From the NCBI GenBank assembly GCA_965235115.1, contig OZ249436.1, forward strand, positions 41,602,001 to 41,666,000: a DNA stretch of 64,000 bases, given 5' to 3'. The notes beneath the pieces were generated by a model that had not been told where the DNA came from, searched no databases, and worked only from the letters and a program-made list of their open reading frames with translations. A program made the translations under genes and the position numbers. Position 1 is the stretch's first letter; the number at the start of each line of letters is the position of its first letter. The stretch is from Laetmonice hystrix. Lineage: Eukaryota. Shown in pieces: positions 1-12,600 of the stretch.

Positions 1-209
1 TTTGACATTGAGCTTAAGAAAAAAGTTTGATTAATTCACCGAGGTCCCTTCAATGTGTTGCTGTCATTATTCAATTGAATTAAGTGGGCTTTTAGTGTTC
101 AATTTAAGAAAACCAAAAACCAAAACAAGGAAATGAAAAAAAAAAATCCCCCGAACAAAAACTGAGTTGTAGAAAATGTTTTGAGGTGTGTGATATATTC
201 TTTGATCAG

Positions 210-3200
210 GACACATCAATGCGGGCCACTTGTAAGCAGTGTGAGAAAGGCTATCAATGTCCATTGTCAGCAATGACTGCCGGAGACCCATGTATAAATG
301 GAACACATGCTTCAAGTAAACAACAAATATCATGCACATTATGTCCTGCAGGTATGTCTTTTGTATTTTGGAAAAAGATAATACTGGCATAATACTTGGT
401 AAGTGTGGGTAAAAATAATGAGAACAGTAATCAACAAGGAGATATGTGAGAAACTAGACAGAAAACAAGTTTAAGATTCAAGACATTACGCGATAAGATA
501 ACATAAAACTAGTTTAAAAACTTGATAATATACCGTATTAACCTGTGTATAATTAGGTTGACATTTTAAACAGGTAAAAAGTGCCCTGATGTAACGTCGG
601 CTCCCATCAACTGTGTCTCTGGTGAGTATAGTCCAGAGGGTGTAGCGATATGCCTGCCATGTAACGACGGTGAATACTCAACATCCCCAAATGGTACCTG
701 CACAGTTTGTCCAGCGGGCAGTTACTGTGCTGACAAGACAGTGAACCCAGTGGCATGTGGCCCAGGAGAAGTGAGGTGAGTTACAGACGTACTTGTGTTA
801 CCTAGTGACAGAATGGCAGGGCGAGGAGAAAGCCAGAGGTTCTGGAAACCTTCTTACGATTCTCGGTTAGGAAAAAGAAAGTTATCGTTTAGAAATGTTC
901 CTTTGAGAAACAGTTTTGAATTTTTCATTGCAGTTTGGGTGGAGCCAAGGTGTGCACAGGGTGTGCCTTGGGGACATACAAGGAGGGTTCAGGAAATGGC
1001 ACCTGTGACTCTTGCCCAGCTGGGTACGAGTGCCCAACTACTAGTGCCAGTAGGTTCTTTTTCATCACTACACAGTCCTTTGAGCGGATTTCTCTTAAAG
1101 CTAAACTCGTTTGAATTCGGTTTCCGCGTCGGACTGCAGCGATGGCCCAGTCGCTCGCTCTGGTGTGGTCTGTGCTTGCTCGGGGAGCAGAGCGTTCAAT
1201 TTTTGGAACGGGTGCGTGGCGATTGGGCCATCGCTGCGGTCCGACGCGGAAACCGAATTCAATAGAGTTTACCTATCAAGTCTAGTTACCTATCTTTAAA
1301 GTCTAGTTCAACAAAATCATTTAATGATTGTTGAACTTTTATTTCAGAGTCGCCTTGTACAGATGGGTATTTCTCACTGGGTGGTGTTGCGGCCTGCATT
1401 CCTTGCCCCGGAGGTTATCAGTGCTCCGATAAGTCTTCATCTCCTGTGGAGTGTGCTGCAGGAACTTATGCAGCAAACACCAGTAATACCTGTACACCAT
1501 GTGCTCCGGGTTACTACTGTCCCACCAGTGGAATGTCGGAACCGTTAACGTGCCCTGCTGGCAGCGTCCAAACCTCAAATAATGGCCAGTCGTGTACAGA
1601 GTGCCAGCCAGGTCAGTGAGCGAGTTCTGTAAAGTATTGGATTGTCAGCATCACTATTGCAGAGGCTTCTTGCTTTGAATATTGTTATCTGTCCTATTAT
1701 CGTGCATTTAGTGACAAAATCTTGGTAATGTTGAGATACAGTTGAACCTGGATGATCGGACCATGTTGATTTTCTTAAATAAAGTGCCAGATCTTCAACA
1801 TGTCGGACTGTTCAATCTAGGTCAGGTGGGCAAGATGGGGGGTGGGGGGGGGTGAGCTTTAGTTGGGGTGACTAAAGTTGTACCCGAACAGTATAATAAG
1901 TCATCAGGTAAGACAAGGTTTAGGTACGTTGGCTTAGGAAGTCAGTGATACAGAATTTGTGGGTCTTGTTTGCCATGGTTTCATTGACTGGCATTATGAA
2001 ACAGGACAGGATCTGGGATGAATGGGCAGCATTTTGTTTGATAAAAAAATAATAGATAATTGTGGATGTGACATAGGGTACAAATGTGAGAACCGGTCAG
2101 TGGCTGCCGTGGCGTGTCCTGCAGGAACATATCAGAAATTTGGAGGGATGGAATCGTGTATAACAGTAAGTAAAGTGTTGGTCTTCATACTTTGATGACA
2201 ACAAAAGTGTTGTATGTATGTCCTGTTGACATTTGTTTTCTGTGTTGATATTGGGATCAAGCAGTTCAACATTATCAATCCATTGGTGATGATGAATTTC
2301 TGGTTTGCATGAGTGATACTCGGGGATGACTCCCGTATTCTCTATGAATTAGGGAAGGATTTTTAGCCTGTTTCAGATGACTTGAAGCAGCCATTCTGAG
2401 AAACCATGTTAGAAGTCAGACTTGTGAAAATGAAAGAAAAGATGCTAACAAATTGTGATCATATATTGTCTTTTATGTAGTGTCCGAGTGGTTACTACAC
2501 AACCAGTCCGGGAGAGTCGTCCTGTTCAGAGTGTCCTGCAAACAGCAAGTGTCCCCACCCTGCATCTCTGCCAGTCCCCTGCAGTCAGGGAGAGGTTTGT
2601 GTAGATTTGAGCTCCAAATCAGAACCAAATTGTGAGGACAGAAACTAATTTATCTCTACTTGTTTAATCTTTTTCAATTTAGAAAAAAACGGGTCTGTAA
2701 ATCTAATGCGATATTCGTAAACTTGAAAGGTGATGAAGCCTAAATGTGACTGTTTCAGTTTTCTGAGGCTGGGTCAGTTATCTGTACAACGTGTCCCGCA
2801 GGCAAGATTTGCACCAGCTCAGGGTCACCAACAACCTGCAATGTGAGTACAGGTTTCTTTAGTAGATAACGATACTTCATGATTTGGAAAAAGGAATTTG
2901 TTATCGAATATTTTGTTTTCAGGTATGCCTTTCCTACATATAAAATTGATGTGTATCATACATGTGTCTGCTTCCAGAGTGGGGAGTATTCGAATGGGAC
3001 AGCCTGTTTGCCCTGCCCACGTGGATTCAAGTGCCCGTCTCCTGACCAGCCACCACAGACGTGTCCCGATGGCTACTTCCAACCAAATGAAGGTCAAACT
3101 ACGTGTGATGCATGTCCTGCTGGAAAAAGTTGCTTGGACAAAGCTGGGGCAGCGGTTGACTGTGTGGCAGGGTGGTACAGTAGTTTGGGCGAAATGATCT

Positions 3201-6200
3201 GTGTGGTTTGTACAAAAAGAATTTCTGTTATTAGTATTTGAATTATTAAACCTGGTTTCAAAATTGTCATCACATAAAATAAAAAAAATTTGATTGAGCT
3301 ATACAGGTTAACACGTACAACTCAAAAATCGGTTGGCTAAACAAAATGTTTGTGAATCCCTTTTTAACATTTTTTCTGAATTTATATAGGGCCACAATGG
3401 TGAGGCCTGGTTTGGCTTGGCATTTTACAAAAAAAGTTCACTCCCGTGTTTTTTGGTTACAATTCCAGCGCTGCCCTGATGGATTTTACAGTGCAGCCGT
3501 TGCGTCATCCTGCTCACGGTGTGGTGGTGGAAAGATGTGTTTTAATGGCAGTGACTATACCACACCAACTGACTGTGACCCTGGGTATTATAGTCAGCTG
3601 GGCCAGTCTACTTGCTACCCTTGCCCTGCTGGTAAATTAATACTCTCTACTTCAGGAAGCGGTTAATAGAAAAACTCAAATTCTGACATAACTTAAACAT
3701 GGAGACAGAGAAAAAAATACTCGGCAAGTGAGAAAAGCCTGATCATAAATAATTTAACACAATGACACTTGAAATAATATATATTGTACAAATGGACATG
3801 TGTAAAGCAAAATAGGTTTTATTTTTCCCCAAAGTATTGATACCAGTAGTGCCGGTAATTTACTTAAATCTTACTCATTGAAATCATTATCAACATGAGA
3901 AAATCATATTAATTTCTTTGGATTTCAGGTACATATAGTCCCAGTGGATCGTCAAGCTGTCTCTCTTGCCCAGCAGGAAAACAGTGCAATGATTCCTCAC
4001 TGTCACCCATAGATTGTAATGTAGGCTACTACAGCTTAGGAGGAATTGTAAGTGCTTTCAGTTTGCCCCGCTTTGTATAAAAAGCCGGGCTATATTCACC
4101 TTCTCAGTTTCTGTCTGTGTGCACCCCTTGATGGCTAGGAGATTTCCTTATTTGATTAACAGTGTATTAATGCTCAAGTATGCTGTAGATCTATCTACCT
4201 CAAAATGTGAGGTCGTGTCCTTGTAGAATTTGTAGGGATAAAATAAAGCAATATAGTAATGTATGGTCCTTTTGCCGCAAGAAGCTGAGATTGTGTTTTG
4301 TAACCATCGCATTGTAACTTTGACTTCAGGTGACGTCATGTACACCGTGTCCTGCTGGGCACGCATGCAGTGGCGCCCTCCCGCCAGCTGTCTGTTCACC
4401 GGGTACGTTCGCTACCCAGGCATCAGACTCCTGCACACAGTGTCCTGTCAACCAGTCATGTGCTGACCCTGCTGCAGCGCCCTCTGCTTGCCCAGATGGG
4501 TACTACAGTGCACAGGTGAGATGTGGGCAATATTTTAGTGGGTAATAGAAATGTTTCAGAATGAAGATATTTTCTCGTGATGTCAAAGATGCCCCCTCAC
4601 AATTTTATTGCGATTCCTGTTTTTTTGAAACATTCATAATTTCCACATGGGGAAACCCCCATGCTGTTTATAATTTTCATCTTTCATACTCTGCATGGGT
4701 TTGACGACTGATGAAGTGACTTATTTCCCCCCCAGGGTGAGGCAAACTGCCACATTTGCCAGGCTGGTTACGGCTGTGAGAGTGGAGCTGCAGTGATTTG
4801 TTCCAGCGGTAACTATAGCTATGAGGGCAACAGTTCATGTTTGCTGTGTCCAGCAGGATATTGTTGTCCTATTCCAAGCATCCCACCAGTCGCCTGTAGC
4901 CCAGGCCAGCACACTAATGGGGCGGAGGGTGGCGTGACCTGTTCTGACTGCCCTGCTGGCAGTGAATGCCTACACCCAGCGTGAGTCACATATTCTGCTT
5001 CATAAATTATAGTTTATTCATGGATGGACATATATGATATTCATATTTGCCACATTTGGCGACATTATCCATTGGTAACTCCTTTAGTGGAAAGATTCCT
5101 GGTATTGATGTGCAATGTAGTGTGGACCTTATTTATTTTCTGATCGCTAGCCTTTCCTTGATTTTGTAGTATGGCTCCCTCTCCTTGCCAAAGTGGGTTC
5201 TACAGTGGTGCCAAATCCACCACCTGTGTACCATGCCCTAAGGGGTTTGCATGTCCCGACACGGCCACAAAAACATCCTGCGATCCTGGGTCGTATTCTG
5301 AGGATGGCGACACGACATGCACTCCTTGTGATCCCGGATACATCTGTCCAGTAGCTACATCAGCTACCAGCAAAACCATCTGTCCTACAGGTGAGTTTGA
5401 CTTCAATGTGGGTGGTTTTCTGTGCTGGCAGTTACTTGATTTGGAGCTAGAATAAAGTGTTTCTAACTTAAACCATTTTTGGTGGGATGTATTGTTTCCG
5501 CAAGCACATATTTTAAGGATGACTGTGATGAGGATGTGAGAAAAGAAAGAAGAGAAAGGTGAAAGAAAGTAAAGTACAAACGCTCTTACACAGCATAAAT
5601 CTTCGATTCCACAGAGTAGTACTTGGCAGTGAAGGAATTTATGAACTAGCAGGTTTGCTTCAAACAGGACCTATAAACACTGAAGATTTGAAGACCCTGA
5701 GAGGATATTTTTTCTCTGGCGATTGTATTTGTGATCTCAACACGACCTGATGGGGTTCTATCATTTTTTAGGTAGCTACGCACCAGCTGGATCAGTCGTG
5801 TGTACCAAGTGCCCAGCAGGGTACTACTGTCCAAACATCACCATTTCCAACCCTCTAAGGTGTCCAGATGGTTCGTACTGCATGGAGGCAAGGTATGATA
5901 TGCACTAAACTTTATTAAAAAAAACCTTTATTTTAAATGATTAGGAATTTGACTGGTCCCAAAGAAGTGTTAAGTGAAGACTTTTCACTTATTTCTATGT
6001 ATTTTTCAGCTATGCCTACAAATACTGCCCAGCTGGATGGCGGTGTCCAAGTGTTACTGGGGCTGAGAATTCCATGTGTCCGCCAGGTACATACTCCATA
6101 GGCAATGCTACGTTTTGTACGGACTGCCCACCTGGCTCCGCCTGTCCTAACACCAACACAGACGACCTGGTGACTTGCCTACCTGGGACGTACGCCCTGG

Positions 6201-6640
6201 CCAAGCAGGTTGAGTGCACGGTCTGCCCAACAGGAAATGAATGCCCGTCCACAACGGCCGCTACAATGACTGAGTGTACACCCGGTTCGTACAGCGCAGG
6301 GGGACAGGCTTCGTGCACGACATGTGGAGCGGGCTATGCTTGCCCAACAAAATATGCTGAAGTCCGAATGGCATGCCCGGCTGGGACCTACTCTGAAGCA
6401 GGCGCCACCATGTGCACAGATTGTGAAGTGGGTAAGGAATGTCCTCTCACCAACCAGACAGGGGTGGCATGCCCCTCTGGACACTACAGCCTGGGACGGC
6501 AGACAGTCTGTAGGCCTTGCCCAGTGGGATTCTCCTGTTCCGATCCAACCCAAGAACCAACACCCTGTGCTGAGGGCTTATACACCAACATGACTGGCCA
6601 GGCTTCTTGTCTGCCCTGTGACAAAGGTTACGTCTGCAAG
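210..6640 (+). CDS. Ectodomain block 1: tandem ~32-34-aa four-cysteine units (CxxGxYSxxGxxxCxxCPxGxxCP)
   Basis: Examples: CPPGTYSIGNATFCTDCPPGSACPNTNTDDLVT / CLPGTYALAKQVECTVCPTGNECPSTTAATMTE / CTPGSYSAGGQASCTTCGAGYACPTKYAEVRMA. Exons 1-15; exon 15 (6010-7649) is covered by the 559-aa ORF. Confidence 0.85.
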
Positions 6641-9600
6641 GAGGGGAGCAAGAGTGCAACGAGCATGAAGTGCCCACAGGGTTACTACTGTCCCGATGGA
6701 AACACCCAGACTGCCTGCCCCAAGGGGACATATGGGAACATGACTGGAGCTTCCAGTCAAACTGAAGGGTGTGGAGAATGTCCTCAGGGGTACTACTGTC
6801 CAGAAGCTACTGAAGGCCTCCCGAGGTCCAACCTCCTCTGTGCCCGAGGACATTTCTGTCCAAAGGGGACTGGTGATTACAAGGAGAACCCTTGCCCGGC
6901 AGGAAAGTACTACCCAAGCCTTGGTGCAGTGGCGGAGAGCGAGTGCCTACCATGCCATGCTGGTCGGTACTGTGCTGCAGGAACTGCCGATACCAACAAA
7001 GTTGCCTGTGCAAGGGGCCACTACTGTCCAGGGGGTACCCCTACCATGCAGGCTTGTCCTGGTGGAATGTTCACCGAGGAGGAAGGAGCAACGGGATTTG
7101 AATACTGCAAGACCTGCCCTGCTGGTCATTACTGCACTGAAGGTTGTGACTCTCCCATTAAATGTGGGCCGGGAACCTTCAATGGTATGACTGGGCAGAG
7201 TAACCTAAGTGCCTGTGCCCCTTGTACCTCGGGTGAATCATGTACTAGACATGGCCTGGTCAAACCAGACTACCCGTGCTCGCCGGGATATTACTGCCCT
7301 GGTGGCAACTACAAGCCTAATCAAACCGAGTATGCCTGCCCAGCTGGAAAGTACACTGACTACAACAACCTGACGGCCGTGGAACAGTGTGACGACTGTC
7401 CGGAGACCGTGGCCTGTTTGCTCGGTACTGGCGGTGTACAGAAACCTCCGGTGGCCTGTGCTGCGGGCCACTTCTGTCCCAAGGGGACAAAGGCACCGGA
7501 CCAGTTCCCATGTCCGGCTGGATCGTACAGTAATCAGACCAACTTGAAGATCGTAGATGAGTGTGAGGTCTGCCCTCGGGGATGGTTCTGTCAGCAAGGT
7601 TCATCGACACCCACTGGCCTTTGTTTCACTGGCCACTGGTGCCCTGAAGGTAAAATATTAAAAGTATTATTTGATTTATTGTTGAAATTAGTAATTATTC
7701 CAAGTACCATAGAAGATATCCCTCCTCTCCCACATGGAACTGGTTACATGTGAAGTACCTAAATTAAACAAGTTGTCACTTGATTCTTACTTTACCAGGC
7801 ACTCAGAGAGGAGATCAACATCCGTGCCATGCAGGTTCCTATAGCAATAAGACAGGTAACAATGCTTGGGAAAAATGTGATGATTGTATTCCTGGATCGT
7901 ATTGCCCTACTGGGTCTTCCCTTCCTTCTCCATGCCCAGCGTAAGTATTAATACTGAGGATATTGGAAATTTATCATTTTTGTTGGATTCATTTTTACTA
8001 TAGTTTTATATTCTTATTCCAGCTATGAATGGAAGCTTGGTAGTATAGAATTTGGTGCCATTTTGAGTCCAAAACCAGATTGAACAAAGAAGCCTTTTGT
8101 TCTAAAGCATTGCAGTTTGTAACAGCCTTCTTGTGCTAGCTTTCACCTTATGTTTAATGTTCAGTCAGTTGAACCTTTACTTTCCATGTTCTAGTGGTAC
8201 CTTCAATAGAGACACGAAGGGTGAGAATATCACAGCCTGTCTTGCCTGTACGGCTGGCTCCTACTGTCCCAGTGAGGAGACTGTGGAGCCATTGCCATGC
8301 TACAAGGGAAGATACTCAGCCAGCGGTGCTGTCAACTGCTCACTCTGTAAACCAGGACGATACTGTGACCAGAACTCGACCAGTTACGATGACATGTGGA
8401 CGAACAGGATTTGCCCGGCAGGAACAGAGTGCCCCGAAGGTATGGAAAGAGTTCCTGATTTGGTCAGTGATCGCTGTCGTAAAGGCCACTACTGTCCACG
8501 AGGTGACATTAACCCGTTCCCGGTTCCTTGTCCGAATGGTACTTTTAATGCGGAGTATGGGCTGAAGCAGGTATCAGAGTGTCAGGCCTGTACACCAGGA
8601 TACTACTGTGTCCCAGAGGGCCTGGAGTCTCCAGCTGGGATGTGTCCCGGTGGACACTACTGTCCCAGAGGCACCGACCAACCCATGTCCTATCCCTGCC
8701 CTGTCGGCTTCTACAGGAACCAGTCTGCTGCCAACTCCTTCCAGGACTGTACCGAATGTTTCAGTGGGTACTACTGTGACGAACCGGGACTGGCCATCCC
8801 TAAAGGATGCCCTGCGGGATATTTCTGTGTCAGTGGAAGCACATATCCGCAGCCGTGCGGCCTGGGGACCTTCAGCAATGAGACGCTGCTGCGGACCAGT
8901 TCAAGCTGCATACCCTGCACAGCGGGACGGTACTGTGATGGTTTTGGACTGACGGAACCCACAGGTATATGCGATGCGGGTTTCTACTGTCGAGAGGGAG
9001 CATACTCCTCAGCTCCACCAGAGGGCCTCATGGGTGGTCTCTGCACGAAGGGAGGATACTGCCCAGCTGGGGCTAAAACAGTTGAGGCTTGTCCGCTTGG
9101 ATTCTATAGCCCCCGACAGGGTGCGAAAAGTGTGCTTGACTGCGTCCCGTGTGACCCGGGCAACTTCTGTCCAGGTACGGGCAGTGCAGCCAGTGACAAC
9201 CCGTGTAGCGCCGGGTATTACTGCACAGGGGGAGCCTCCAAACCGACCCAGTTTGAAGTCCAGCCGGGACACTATTCAAAAGCAGGGGCTTTCAAGCAGG
9301 AACCGTGTCCACGGGGCGAGTACCAGCCTTCACCCAGGTCTTCGTCCTGCTTGGATTGTCCTCAGGGATACTACTGTAACTCGACAGGGACTGTGAATGA
9401 AGTCATCTGCCCGACGGGTCACTACTGCATGCTTCGCAGCACCATCCCAACGCCATGTCCCCGGGGGACCTACCTCGAGGACGTGGGTCGGTTTGAGGAA
9501 GGCCACTGTAACCCATGCAAACCTGGCTATGCTTGCGATGTTGTAGGGATATCAACACCAGTGTCTAAGTGTGCAGCAGGACACTACTGTACAGGGGGAT

Positions 9601-12600
9601 CCAACACAACCAACCCAGTGGATCAAGTGTTCGGGGACATATGTCCTGCGGGATACTATTGTATGGAAGGGACTGCAGAATACAGGTTGACGCCTTGTGA
9701 TAACGGGACATACAGCAACAGTACTGGTAACCAAGCTGCAGACGATTGTACCCTTTGTGACCCTGGAAAGGTATGCAATGGGGATGCACTGCTTGAACCG
9801 AATGGCATCTGTTCTGCTGGATATTTCTGCCGTGGGGGTGCAAAAACCGACAAGCCTGCCGATGCAGGCAGGACTGGAGCACCATGTGTGGTCGGCCACT
9901 ACTGCCCACCGGGCACAGGTGAGAGAACTGGTATTGATAATCCATCGTTAATTATATCTTCAACATGACTTTTTGAAATAGGCCAGAATAATATGTCAAA
10001 TGAAGAAAGACACGGTGGGATCTCACTCTTGGGAACCTTTCATAATTATTTTGAATTTACATGATAGACTAAGATTACTTGTCATCCATGCAACATCTAG
10101 TGATTTTTATTTTTTATTTTTTATAAAATTTCCTTTATTTATCCTGGCTTGACGTCAGCGTTACTGCTGGTTTACATCATATGCCAGCTTACACAATGGT
10201 CGATCATCTAGAGATATTATTAATTAACTAAGGTGATGTTAAAGACATCACCTGGTAAATGATTATGATGGTCACTGGAGCCATATTTATCAACTGTAAA
10301 CTCTATTAAAAGTTAGTTGCTCGTAAGACTAATTTGAGTCGGTTACCTATAAAAGCCCTGTGATTGATGTTGATCTCAGGCGAGCCGTTGCAGTGTCCAC
10401 CAGGCACATTCCAGAACCAGACGGGGAAGGATTACTGCATGGACTGTCCCGAGGGACACTATTGTGTGGATGGGGAGACTCCCCTCAGGTGTCCCCGGGG
10501 ATACTACTGTCCCGGTAACACCACAGCGGCGATCCCACCGTGTCCTCGAGGGACATACAACCCAGACCTGGGTATGATCAGCTGTTTACTTATTTAGTAT
10601 ATTCTAGGGACAATTTTGGATTATACTGCCTGTTTTCTGGCGAATCTTTGTGGGGTCCGTCTTCCTAAGGTATCTTTAATAAACATAATGGTAACTTTGT
10701 ATAGAGGTGAATAGTAGTAGGCCTACTTGTTAATAATAATTTCATAATAAGCAGTCCACCATTCACTGCCAGGTAAGCATAAGGATATTATTATTAACAA
10801 TACCTTAGAAAGATGGACTCCAGACTTTAAATATGAATTCCAGTAGCCCTATGGTGGAAGAGTAGCCTAATCTTGACTTATATTGAATGAAGTAGTTCAG
10901 TGGTAATCATGTACCTGTTTACCATCTACTGGAGCACAGGACTGAAGTGTTATTTTGTCCGCCAGGTATGGCCTACGAGAGTGACTGCAAGCTCTGTGAT
11001 GGAGGTTACTACTGTGACAAGCTGGGTGCGACAGTGTTTGACGAGTCTCGCAATGACACTGGAGTGGCACCATGCTCTGCAGGCTATTACTGTAAACTGG
11101 GTGAGCTAACTACCGGTAGACTACAGTCAGACCTCGCTTATCCGGACAGCTTGGTGCCCATTAAAATGTGTTCGGATTGTGAAAAATAGGGATTACTGAA
11201 TTATTTTAAATAGAAAATAGAATAAGTTACCAGAAAGTGTATTCGGATTATGAAGTACCGGTACATGTATACGGATTAAAGAAGCACTGATTAATGAGGT
11301 CTGACTCTACTTCTGATGTTTTGTCATGCCCAAAGTAATTTTTAGCTGAAAATGTATATTTAATAGAAGGAATGGAGGAATGTTAATATGGGAATTACCT
11401 GTATTTACGCGAAGTTTCCTATAGGAAGCCGTTCTTGCCATCTTTATATCTGATCTCATTTAAAATTGTTCTGGGTCATGCAGGTGTCAATGTGAGCACA
11501 CCGACTCCAGAAACAACAAGTGGTATTGGAGGCCCCTGCCCAGCCGGTTTCTTCTGCCCACAACAGACGGAGGACCCGTTTCCTTGTCCAATCAGCACAT
11601 ACCGTGACACTACCATGGGGACCACATCCACAGACTGCCACGACTGTAAACTTGGCCATTACTGCGGCACAACCAACCTGACTGACTCTGAGGGACCCTG
11701 TGACCCGGGTTTCTACTGTCTCAGGGGAAGTGACACACCCACTCCAACAGGTGGGGATGTTCAGCAGTGGACTTCAAATATATTTGGCTCTTTTATCTTG
11801 CATCAGTCATAGTCAAGGAAAGACAAATCAGTATGCGGGGCGATTCATACTATTGTGATACCACAAAGCAGCAGTTAAAGTAATCATTCAAGTATCGAAT
11901 AAAAACGATTTGATGACTTCATAACTGTTTTGTTAGTTGTAAAAAATTCTAACAAGCATTTACCTTATATGATTAAAATTTTAACAAAATACAGGATCGG
12001 CTCCCACGAAAGGTGCTCCATGTCCTGTGTCCCACTACTGTCCCAGTGGGACATCCTCGCCACTGGCCTGTCAGGCAGGATCCTACAGCAACGTGACAGG
12101 AGCAGCCAACTGTACTCAGTGCCAGTCGGGCTACTACTGCCCAGAGAACTCTACCACCTACGAGATATTCCCATGTCCAGAGGGTCATTACTGCCCTGAA
12201 GGCACCAAGTATTTCAACCAGTACCCTTGCCCCAAGGGCTACTACCGGAACTCGTCCCTTGGTATGGCTTTGTCTGATTGTTTCCCATGCCCTGGTGGCC
12301 AGTACTGTGGAGCTGAAGGACTTCCAATGCCGTCCAACTTGTGCAGCCCAGGTAAAGAAATCTCAGGTCTCATCTAGGGGATAAAGAAAGTAGGCAACTA
12401 TGTACTTTCAGCATGCATTACTATTTAGATTCTAACTTGAGTATCGAATTGGAGGTTTGTATGCTTGAATTAAGTTAGTTTATGTTCTGCAGCCTTTATG
12501 TTTAATTGAGTTATAGAAATGAACGGGATCAGTTGAATAGATTCGGATTGACAGCTGGGTCACCTGCCTTGATGTCGGCCGTATGGCATGACTATGATCT

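Noticed and set aside
795-1265. 156-aa ORF as an independent gene
   Set aside because: It runs through intron 2, exon 3 in the wrong frame and the GC-rich foldback element, and has no protein-like features.
1739-1825. Tigger-like left end TA|CAGTTGAACC
   Set aside because: No matching right TIR or TSD was found, so it is too fragmentary to call.
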